Below, one piece after another: positions 9,631-17,280 of a stretch of DNA of 64,000 bases. The position numbers were made by a program, and so were the translations under genes. Numbering within the stretch: position 1 is the first letter of the stretch; every line of letters starts with the position of its first letter. The stretch comes from an uncultured Candidatus Rokubacteria bacterium (lineage in GTDB: Bacteria > Methylomirabilota > Methylomirabilia > Rokubacteriales > DASRDR01). The stretch spans positions 60,822-124,821 of the forward strand of contig CAWDPM010000001.1 of NCBI GenBank assembly GCA_963804185.1, in the 5' to 3' direction. A model generated the notes under the pieces. It saw only the letters and a program-made list of their open reading frames with translations, searched no databases and had not been told where the DNA came from.

Positions 9631-11084
9631 CGCCCCGGGGGATCCAGGACCGTTGCGACCCGATCCTCGTAGCGAACGACCCAGCCCGAGGCGCGTAGCG
9701 CCGATATCAGTGGAGAACCGTTGCGCACGATCGCCGTGTCCGGCTGAAGCCGCGCCAGGACCTCCCGCCATCCGGGATCCAGCTGGGCCACCGTCAGGAA
9801 CTCCCGGAAGCGCTCGGGGCCGTAGACGGCCATCCGCCCGTCGATCGACACTCGGAGCTCCGGGTAGAGGTGCCAGATCAGGTAGCCCCCCCACCCGTAG
9901 TCGTTCCACAGCGTACCGCGACGGCCCTCGCGGCGAAGAAAGTCGACCGCGCCCGCCGGGAACGTGCCGGCCACGCCGAACGCCGGTCGGAAGGCGTTCC
10001 AGACCTGCGCCGGCGCGCGGGAGCCCGCCACGAGGCCGCACGCCGACAGGACGAGCGCGAGCGCTCCGACGACCACCGCCTGCCGGCCCATCGCGGGAAG
10101 GCGACCCCAGTGCATCCCCACGCAGGACGCGAGGGCCCGCCCCACGATAGGGGTGGCACCGATCACCAGCAACGGCGTGTTGCGGGTCGCCTGGAGTGCC
10201 AGGTGGACCAGGGGCACCAGGAGCGCGAGATCGCGCCACGGCACGGGCCGGGCCGTTCCGAGCGCGAGCAAGAGCGTGAGGCCGAGGAAGAGCTCGAGAA
10301 CGAGGACCGCCGGGTGTCCGAAGCGCGGCGAGAGCCACTCGCTGATCCACGCCTGGGACAGCGGATCCCCCATGACGTGGAAGGGGAAGAGCACGGCCTC
10401 GTAGTGGAACGGATTGGCCAGCGAGGCCGCCAGGCTCGCCCCGCACCAGAGCGCCAAGGTGCGCGCGCGGGCGAGGCCGCCGGCCCGCCCGGAGTCGTCA
10501 TCGAGGAGCCAGCCCAGAAACTCCCCGGCCGCGCACAGGGCCAGGAGCCCCGGCCCGGCCAGGAACCCGGCGTGGAGGTTCGCCCAGACGGCGGTCAGGA
10601 TCGGGAGCCACCAGAGCCGGTTGGCCCGCCCCGCCTGGTAGTCGGCGACGATGCGGACGAAGACCGCGAGCATCAGGTACGTGACCAGCTGAGGGCGCGG
10701 TGACCAGAAGCCGTGCGTCGCCAGGGCCCCGAGGCTCAGGAGGCCGAGGGACCACCCCTGCCCGACGCCCTCCCGCCGGAGGAGACCCCAGAGCACGCCG
10801 AAGGCCGCCGCCGCGACGAGCCCCTGCAGCAGGATGACGCCGGTCGTGCCCCCCAGCGCGTAGATGCCGTAGACGAGCAGCTCGAAGCCCCAGGCGTGGT
10901 TGAGCCACTCGGCACCGAAGGCCGTCGCCGAGAACGGGTCGGTCGTTGGGAAGCTCTGCGTCTCGATCATGTAGCGGCCCGCCCGGAGCAGCCACCAGAA
11001 GTCGGGGTCGTCGATCGGTCGGAGCGCCGCCAACCCGACAGCGGCCAGGAACGCGATCCGCAGCGTACGCCCGAGTAGCCTCAC
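9627..11084 (-). CDS. polytopic membrane protein, paralogue B (putative GT-C-like glycosyltransferase, family not recognised)
   Basis: 485 aa, MRLLGRTLRIAFLAAVGLAALRPIDDPDFWWLLRAGRYMIETQSFPTTDPFSATAFGAEWLNHAW...VWANLHAGF...WGGYLIWHLYPELRVSIDGRMAVYGP. Colinear motif set with paralogue A. Confidence 0.75.
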   Translation of the reverse strand: MRLLGRTLRIAFLAAVGLAALRPIDDPDFWWLLRAGRYMIETQSFPTTDPFSATAFGAEWLNHAWGFELLVYGIYALGGTTGVILLQGLVAAAAFGVLWGLLRREGVGQGWSLGLLSLGALATHGFWSPRPQLVTYLMLAVFVRIVADYQAGRANRLWWLPILTAVWANLHAGFLAGPGLLALCAAGEFLGWLLDDDSGRAGGLARARTLALWCGASLAASLANPFHYEAVLFPFHVMGDPLSQAWISEWLSPRFGHPAVLVLELFLGLTLLLALGTARPVPWRDLALLVPLVHLALQATRNTPLLVIGATPIVGRALASCVGMHWGRLPAMGRQAVVVGALALVLSACGLVAGSRAPAQVWNAFRPAFGVAGTFPAGAVDFLRREGRRGTLWNDYGWGGYLIWHLYPELRVSIDGRMAVYGPERFREFLTVAQLDPGWREVLARLQPDTAIVRNGSPLISALRASGWVVRYEDRVATVLDPPGR

Positions 11085-11089
11085 GCGAG

Positions 11090-12925
11090 TCAGTCGGTGG
11101 GAAGCCGGTAAATTCGGATCGGGGGCCCGGGGTGCCGGCGCTCGCGGAGGCGCGTGAGCGGCGAATAGATGTCACCGACGACCAGGGGACCGTCCTCCAC
11201 GCCGGGTGAGGCGCTGAAGACGAGCTGCGCCCGCGCGTCCAGCAGGGTGTAGAAGCGGCACGGAGCCGGATACCACTCGCAGGCCTGGCGATAGCGCTGA
11301 TAGACGAATCCCGACAGGACGACGTAGTGGACTCCGGATCTGAGCAGCCAGTCGAGATCATACGTGTCGAGGCGCACGAGCCAGTATCCGTCCCGGCTGC
11401 CGGCTGGCGCCGTCGTGAGGCCCGCCGGGCGCGAGGCCTCGAGGCCCCAGCTCCCCGGCTCCTCCCGGAGCTGCGGGCTGGCCACCGGCAGCGACAGGCT
11501 GTAGGGTTCCAGCGCGATCCGCGTCCCCGGCGGCACGTGGCGCTCCACCCAGGCAGAGCCGAGCTCTCGCGTGTCGGGCTCAGCGAGGAGCCGGTGGTAC
11601 GCCGTCACGCGGGCGAGCGCGGGCGCCACGAGCAGCACGGCTGCGGCCACCAGCGTGATGGCGGGCCATGGCGGGGCCAGCCGCACCCGCCCGGAGAGCC
11701 AGCTCACCCCCCGCGTCACTGCCACCGCCGCGAGGAGCGTGAGGCACGGCAAGAGGGGGATCGCGTACCGCTCGAATCGCGCGCTCCACGTCGCGATCAC
11801 GAGCAGGTAGGGCACGGCGAACGCCAGCAGGACCACCTCGCGGGCGCCGCGGACGGCCAGCGCCCACCCGAGCCCGGCCAGCGCCAGGAGGTACAGCGGC
11901 CAGCCCATGGCCTCCGGCAGCGAGTAGGCGAGGTGGAAGAGGTAGGCGGCGGCGTCCGCCTCGTTCCCGAACTGCACCGTGTGGACCTCGCGAAGCTCGG
12001 CGAGCACGCCCCGCACGAACGCGGCCGGCGTCAGCAGCGCGAACGGCGTTCCCAGCAGGAAGCCGAGGGTCGCGAGGCCGGCTCCCAGGATCATGTCCTT
12101 GCCCGCGACGCGGCGCCACGCGGGCAAGCCCGGGCGTCGCACGGCATGGGCCGCCACGAGGCCGAGGAACGCGAGCCCGCCCGGATACTTCATCGCCGCG
12201 GCGAGTCCGACGACGAGCCCGGCCACCCCGGCATCGGCGCGGCGCCCGTCGCGCCAGTAGCGGAGCGCGCAGAGGGTCGCCAGCGCGACCAGGAAGGTGA
12301 GCGGCACGTCCGGCGTGACCCAGTGTGAATCGCGCACGTGGAGGAGATCGACAGCCAGGAGCCCCGCCGCCAGGATCCCGACCGCGGGGCCGTAGGCCAT
12401 CCGTCCGGTGCAGTAGAGGACCGCGAGCGTGGCGGTGCCGAACAGCACCGTGACGAGCCGGCCCGCGAGGTAGAACAGCGCGGGGTTGCGCGCGAACGCG
12501 CCGGCCACCCCGTCCGGTGACGCGCCGAACACGAGGCCGTACACACCCGCCAGCACGTACATGTACAGGCTGGGCCAGTTGAAGAACCGCGGGTTCAGGT
12601 CCCCCAGGTGGATTCGGACCGCCCGCTCCACGATCCGACGCTCGTCCGGGTGATACAGGTCCGGCAGGCCGTAGCCGACGCTCCACGCCCGGAGCCCGAG
12701 ACCGATCGCCAGGACGAGGGCGATCCCGAGGAGGGCGGCCCGGTCAGACCGACCCGTACACGATGAGCCAGGGGAAGGCCGTGGTGCGGGTCCGGACGGC
12801 GAGCTCGCGCCCGCAGAACGCGGCGAACTCCTCAGCTCCCCAGTGCTGGAGGTGGTCCGTGGGGTCCCCGAGCCGGGTGACGTTCTTTCCTCGCAGGAGG
12901 TTGCCCAGCCGGAAGAACGGCTCAT
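11090..12925 (-). CDS. ArnT/PMT_2-like (GT39/GT83-type, GT-C fold) membrane glycosyltransferase
   Basis: AALLGIALVLAIGLGLRAWSVGYGLPDLYHPDERRIVERA (loop-1 DE motif), ...NWPSLYMYVL...AAAMKYPG..., many TM helices and a soluble C-terminal domain. The start is unresolved: the only ATG/GTG/TTG upstream of TM1 is ATG 12925, which overlaps the methyltransferase by 182 nt. Confidence 0.75.
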   Translation of the reverse strand: MSRSSGWATSCEERTSPGSGTPRTTSSTGELRSSPRSAGASSPSGPAPRPSPGSSCTGRSDRAALLGIALVLAIGLGLRAWSVGYGLPDLYHPDERRIVERAVRIHLGDLNPRFFNWPSLYMYVLAGVYGLVFGASPDGVAGAFARNPALFYLAGRLVTVLFGTATLAVLYCTGRMAYGPAVGILAAGLLAVDLLHVRDSHWVTPDVPLTFLVALATLCALRYWRDGRRADAGVAGLVVGLAAAMKYPGGLAFLGLVAAHAVRRPGLPAWRRVAGKDMILGAGLATLGFLLGTPFALLTPAAFVRGVLAELREVHTVQFGNEADAAAYLFHLAYSLPEAMGWPLYLLALAGLGWALAVRGAREVVLLAFAVPYLLVIATWSARFERYAIPLLPCLTLLAAVAVTRGVSWLSGRVRLAPPWPAITLVAAAVLLVAPALARVTAYHRLLAEPDTRELGSAWVERHVPPGTRIALEPYSLSLPVASPQLREEPGSWGLEASRPAGLTTAPAGSRDGYWLVRLDTYDLDWLLRSGVHYVVLSGFVYQRYRQACEWYPAPCRFYTLLDARAQLVFSASPGVEDGPLVVGDIYSPLTRLRERRHPGPPIRIYRLPTD

Positions 12926-13343
12926 GCGGCACGCTGAGGAGGCATCCGGCCCGGGTGACCCTCCGGAGCTCCCGGAGCGCGCGGACCGGGTCGGGCAGAT
13001 GCTCCAAGACCTCGAGACAGACCACGAGGTCGAAGCTCTCGGCCCGGAAAGGCAGCGCGCATGCGTCCCCTCTCACGAGCGCGGCCCCGGGGCAGCGCCG
13101 GCGCGCCTCCCCGAGCGTCGTTTCGTCGACCTCGAGCCCTGCGAGCCGCGACCCCGGCAGGCGCGCGGCCAGGGTCGCCAGGACAAAGCCCTCGCCGCAG
13201 CCGACTTCGAGGATGCGACGAGGGTGCTGGCTGGCCGCCAGCTCCGACACTTGGCGAAGGAACCGGCCGAGCAGGTGCCGGACCACGGGGTTCTTCGATC
13301 GGTACTTGCCCGCGTTGTCGCTCCGCGGGGCCCCCGCGATCAA
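12744..13343 (-). CDS. class I SAM-dependent methyltransferase
   Basis: ILEVGCGEGFVLATLA (motif I) ...FDLVVCLEVLEHLPDP. TTG at 13343 overlaps the GT2 stop (TTGA) and gives about 199 aa. The longer track ORF to 13643 would overlap GT2. Confidence 0.8.
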   Translation of the reverse strand: MIAGAPRSDNAGKYRSKNPVVRHLLGRFLRQVSELAASQHPRRILEVGCGEGFVLATLAARLPGSRLAGLEVDETTLGEARRRCPGAALVRGDACALPFRAESFDLVVCLEVLEHLPDPVRALRELRRVTRAGCLLSVPHEPFFRLGNLLRGKNVTRLGDPTDHLQHWGAEEFAAFCGRELAVRTRTTAFPWLIVYGSV

Positions 13344-14279
13344 CCCAGTCGACGCCGGATCGAGACGTCGTCGGCGGTCCGCGTCTGGTAGCTGAGCACC
13401 AGCTCGCTCAGGAGTCCGATGGCGAAGAACTGCACGCCGACGAGCATGGTGAGCACGCCGAAGGCCAGGAGCGGCCGCTGTCCGATCGGCTGGGAGCCGG
13501 ACAGCCAGATGCCGGTGAGGTACACGTTCACCCCGAAGCCCACGGTCCACGCGATCAGCCCGAGCCCCCCGAAGAGGTGAAGCGGCCGGCGCGTGTACCG
13601 GGTCAGGAACAGCACGGTCAGGAGGTCGAGGAAGCCCCGCCACAGCCGGGCGGAGCCGAACTTCGTGCGGCCGTACCGCCGCGGGCGATGATGCACGGGC
13701 ACCTCGGTCACCTGAAAGCCGCGCCAGGCGGCGAGCGCCGGGATGAAGCGGTGGAGCTCGCCGTACAGCCGGATCTCCTCCACCACTTCCCGCCGGTAGA
13801 TCTTGAAGCCCGAGTTGAAGTCGTGGAGCCGGACCCCCGTCAAGAGGCCCGTGGCCCGGTTGAAGAGCCGGGACGGCCAGGTCTTGGACCGCGGATCCTG
13901 GCGCTCCTGCTTCCAGCCCGACACGAGGTCGAACCCGTCCTCGAGGCGGGCGAGGAGCTTCGGCATCTCGGCGGGATCGTCCTGGAGATCGGCGTCCAGG
14001 GTGATGATGACTGCCCCCCGGGCCTCGCGGAACCCCACCGCCAGCGCGGCGGCCTTGCCGAAGTTCCGCCGGAGCTGCACGCCCCGGACACTGGGATCGT
14101 CCAGCCGGAGCTTCTCGATGCGCTGGAAGGAGCCGTCGCGGCTCCCGTCGTCCACGAAGAGGATCTCGTACGGGCGACCGAGGCGCTGCAGCACCTCGGT
14201 CAGCTCCTGGTGGAGGACGCCCAGGCTCTCGACCTCATCGAGGACCGGGCACCACCACCGAGACCTCGACCCGCGCCAT
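13340..14279 (-). CDS. GT2 polyprenyl-phosphate glycosyltransferase (DPM1/GtrB/ArnC-like, two C-terminal TM helices); one frameshift near the 5' end as sequenced
   Basis: Body reads PVLDEVESLGVLHQEL...YEILFVDDGSRDGS...ITLDADLQDDP...FRIY... plus 2 TM helices. The expected N-terminus MARVEVSVVVP sits in another frame from ATG 14279. Removing one base of the ccggg run at 14245-14249 joins the two as ...SVVVPVLDEVESL. Confidence 0.8.
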
Positions 14280-14313
14280 GGACCTCGTTCGTTCCCGCTC
14301 GCGTCCGCTACGC

Positions 14314-14644
14314 CTAGCAGTCGTTGATGGTCGAGGTGGTCGATGAGCTTGCCGTTGTTCTTGTCGTACGCACGCGTGCCCTTGCACTGCCACGTCGGCT
14401 TCGGGGTCACCAAGGTCTCAATAGTGTCGAGGGACTGCGGGAAGGTCCCGTCGTGCTTGCCGTAGTAGATGGCGACGGCGGACCGCATGGCGGCCAGGTT
14501 CCCCTGGTCGGCGGCCAGCTTGGCCTTCTTCTGGATGTCCTGGAAGACGGTGATGGCGACGGCGGCGATGATGGCGATGATCGCCACGACCACCATGAGC
14601 TCGACGAGGGTCAAGCCCTTCTGGCTCCGAAGCTGCCTGAACAT
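14314..14644 (-). CDS. pilA: type IV major pilin (PilA-like); 3' end frame-ambiguous as sequenced
   Basis: ATG 14644 is preceded by GGAGGAGGAGGAG. MFRQLRSQKG|LTLVELMVVVAIIAIIAAVAITVF...AIYYGKHDGTFPQSL...TWQCKGTRAYDKNNGK. There is no stop in this frame. The +1 frame gives SSSTTSTINDC* with TAG at 14314-14316. Confidence 0.8.
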
Positions 14645-14735
14645 CGGTCTCCTCCTCCTCCTCGCGTCGGGATGTAGGGTAGTGCCCGGTTCTGCGTCCG
14701 CCCATGCCTCAGTGCACACACGGCGTCAGGTTGGG

Positions 14736-14751
14736 AGCAATTCCAGTGCCG
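14736..14751 (-). promoter_or_regulatory. candidate sigma-54 (-24/-12) promoter for the pilin gene
   Basis: Minus strand reads CGGCAC-TGGAA-TTGCT, against the consensus TGGCAC-N5-TTGCW, with exact GG-N10-GC spacing. It lies about 90 nt upstream of ATG 14644. Confidence 0.55.
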
Positions 14752-14836
14752 AGCCCGGCCCCTCTAGAAAGCCCTCTTCGGCCCCCTCCGGGTGTTGCAC
14801 CCGCTCACCAATGCCAAACTCCTCATGTCCAGCAGT

Positions 14837-14855
14837 AGACGCTTGTCTAGCGTCT
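14837..14855. promoter_or_regulatory. 7-5-7 perfect palindrome, candidate enhancer-binding-protein site upstream of the sigma-54 promoter
   Basis: agacgct-tgtct-agcgtct, 86-104 nt upstream of the -24 element. Confidence 0.3.
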
Positions 14856-14922
14856 CTTATTGGGAACAGGACGTTCTGTCAAGATGGCCACCTTCCCAGG
14901 AAGCCCGATCCGGCCGCCGAGC

Positions 14923-16152
14923 CTACTTGATCAGCGTCACCGCCTTGAAGATCGGCAGGTAGATGGCGATGACGATGCCGCCGATCACCACGCCCAGGAA
15001 GACGATCAGGAGCGGCTCGAGCAAGGACGTCAGTCCCGAGACGGCGACGTCGACCTCGTCCTCGTAGTAGTCGGCGACCTTCGCCAGCATGCTGTCGAGC
15101 GCGCCCGTCTGTTCGCCGACGATCACCATCTGGATCACCATGGGCGGAAACACCCCGCTGTCCTTGAGACGCTCGCCAAGCGAGTGCCCCGCCATGACTC
15201 GCTCGCGTGCGGCCATGACGGATGTCTCCACGGCCCGGTTGCCCGCCGTCTTGGCGGTGATGCGCAAGGCGTCGATGATCGGCACGCCGCCGCCCAGGAG
15301 GGCCGACAGGGTGCGCGTGAACCGCGCGATCGAGATCTTGCGGACCAGCGGACCGAAGATCGGCGCGCGGAGGAGGAACTGGTCCATCGTCAGCCGGCCG
15401 GCGTCGGTCCGGTACCAGCGGCGCAACCCGTACACCAGCCCGGCCACGACCACCAGGAGGATGTACCAGTACCGCGTCATCGCGTTGCTGAACGCGATGA
15501 CGATCCGGGTCGGCAAGGGCAGCGGGACACCGGCGTTCTGGAAGAAAGCCGCGAAGATCGGGATGATGAAGACCATCAGGAACGCCACGACCAGCACCGC
15601 GATGGTCATGACGAGGACCGGATACACGACGGCCATCTGCACGCGGTGCTTCAGCGCCTCCGCCTTCTCCAGGTACGTGGAGAGCCGGGAGAGCATGGCG
15701 TCCAGCACGCCGCCGGTCTCTCCGACGTGCACCAGGTTGACGTACAGCTCGTCGAAGACCCTCGGGAACCGCCCGAGCGCGTCGGAGAGCGTGGAGCCCG
15801 ACTCGACGTCGGACGCGACCTTCGCGATGATGTCCTGGAAGTGCTTCCGCTCCATCTGCACGCCCAGGGTCTCGAGGCACTGGACGAGCGGGAGCCCCGC
15901 CGCGATCATCGTTGCGAACTGACGGCTGAAGACGGAGAGGTCCTTGCCGCGGACCCCCCCGAACAGGCCCCCCAGGCCGGGCAGGTCCGCGAGCTCGATG
16001 TCGCCGACGCTGGCGCGCTTGACCGCGATGTTCTGGACGACGATCCCCTGCGAGCGCAGGTGACGCGCCGCCGCCCGCTCGTCCGGGGCGGTGATCTCCG
16101 CCTGCACGCGCCCTCCGCGCGCCGTGACGCCTCGATACGTGAAGTTCGGCAT
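14923..16152 (-). CDS. pilC: type IV pilus platform protein PilC
   Basis: ATG 16152 gives MPNFTYRGVTARGGRVQAEI...FSRQFATMIAAGLPLVQCL...MVIVGEQTGALDSML.... 409 aa, GspF/PilC family duplication. The 5' part of track ORF 14923..16905 is out of frame. Confidence 0.9.
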   Translation of the reverse strand: MPNFTYRGVTARGGRVQAEITAPDERAAARHLRSQGIVVQNIAVKRASVGDIELADLPGLGGLFGGVRGKDLSVFSRQFATMIAAGLPLVQCLETLGVQMERKHFQDIIAKVASDVESGSTLSDALGRFPRVFDELYVNLVHVGETGGVLDAMLSRLSTYLEKAEALKHRVQMAVVYPVLVMTIAVLVVAFLMVFIIPIFAAFFQNAGVPLPLPTRIVIAFSNAMTRYWYILLVVVAGLVYGLRRWYRTDAGRLTMDQFLLRAPIFGPLVRKISIARFTRTLSALLGGGVPIIDALRITAKTAGNRAVETSVMAARERVMAGHSLGERLKDSGVFPPMVIQMVIVGEQTGALDSMLAKVADYYEDEVDVAVSGLTSLLEPLLIVFLGVVIGGIVIAIYLPIFKAVTLIK

Positions 16153-16169
16153 CGCTTCCCCGCGGAGCC

Positions 16170-17243
16170 CTAGCGCGTGGCTGCCGCCACGGGCTGGTCC
16201 ATCAGGCGGTGGAGCTCCTCCGGATAGGAGCTGCGGGCCAGCGCCTCCGGCCGCGAGATCTGGCCGCGGAGGTAGAGGTTCGCCAGCGACTGGTTCATGG
16301 TCTGCATCCCGAACTTCTGGCCGACCTGTATCGCCGAGTAGATCTGGTGCCCCTTCTCCTCGCGGATCAGGTTCCGGATCGCCGGCGTCGCGATCAGGAT
16401 CTCCAGGGCGAGGACGCGGCCGCGCCCGTCCCGCCGCGGGACGAGGAGCTGGTTGAAGACCGCCTCGAGACCGAGCGCCAGCTGGGCTCGCACCTGAGAC
16501 TGCTGGTGCGGCGGGAACACGTCGACGATCCGGTCGATCGACTGCGCGCACGAGTTCGTGTGCAAGGTCGCGAAGGTGAGGTGCCCGGTCTCCGCGATGG
16601 TCAGAGCCGCCTGGATGGTCTCCAGGTCGCGCATCTCGCCAATGACCACGACATCGGGGTCCTGCCGCAGCACGTACTTCAGGGCCGCGGGAAAGGAGTG
16701 CGTGTCGTTCCCGACCTCGCGCTGGTTCACCAGCGCCTTCTGGTGCTGAAACAGATACTCCAGGGGGTCCTCGACCGTGACGATGTGGACGTCGCGCTCC
16801 CGGTTGATCCGGTCGACCATCGCCGCGATGGAGGTCGTCTTCCCGTGCCCGGTCGGGCCGGTCACGAGCACCAGGCCCTTGTGCTTCTGGATGAGCTGGT
16901 TGCACACGTCGACCGGAAGCCCCAGCTCCTGGAAGCTCTTGGGCTCATGGGGGATGGCGCGGATCGCGACGCCCACGGCGCCGCGTTGCCGGTAGACGTT
17001 GACGCGATACCGCGAGAGCCCGGGGATCCCGTAGGAGAAGTCCAGCTCGTGGGTCGCCTCGAACCGCTCCCGCTGCTCCGCGTTGATCAGGCCGTAGGCG
17101 AGCGCCTTCGTCTGCTCCGCGTCGAGGGGGGAGTAGTTCAGCGCCACCAGGTGGCCGTGGACCCTGAGCGTCGGCGGCGCGCCGGCGGCGATGTGGAGAT
17201 CCGACGCGGTCCTCTCCGCCATCGCGCCCAGGAGCTCGCGCAT
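16170..17243 (-). CDS. pilT: twitching motility ATPase PilT
   Basis: 357 aa, ...GLVLVTGPTGHGKTTS (Walker A)...VIGEMRDLETI...GHLTFATLHTN.... Confidence 0.9.
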   Translation of the reverse strand: MRELLGAMAERTASDLHIAAGAPPTLRVHGHLVALNYSPLDAEQTKALAYGLINAEQRERFEATHELDFSYGIPGLSRYRVNVYRQRGAVGVAIRAIPHEPKSFQELGLPVDVCNQLIQKHKGLVLVTGPTGHGKTTSIAAMVDRINRERDVHIVTVEDPLEYLFQHQKALVNQREVGNDTHSFPAALKYVLRQDPDVVVIGEMRDLETIQAALTIAETGHLTFATLHTNSCAQSIDRIVDVFPPHQQSQVRAQLALGLEAVFNQLLVPRRDGRGRVLALEILIATPAIRNLIREEKGHQIYSAIQVGQKFGMQTMNQSLANLYLRGQISRPEALARSSYPEELHRLMDQPVAAATR

Positions 17244-17280
17244 CGAGACGTTCTGGCTCAGGCCTCTCCTCCCTCGAACC

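Noticed and set aside
13340-14719. 459-aa track ORF suggesting a pilin-glycosyltransferase fusion protein
   Set aside because: No TM helix separates the periplasmic pilin head from the cytoplasmic GT2 domain. A proper GT2 N-terminus (MARVEVSVVVP) and a proper pilin C-terminus (..INDC*) exist in the other two frames. Two 1-nt indels explain the fusion better.
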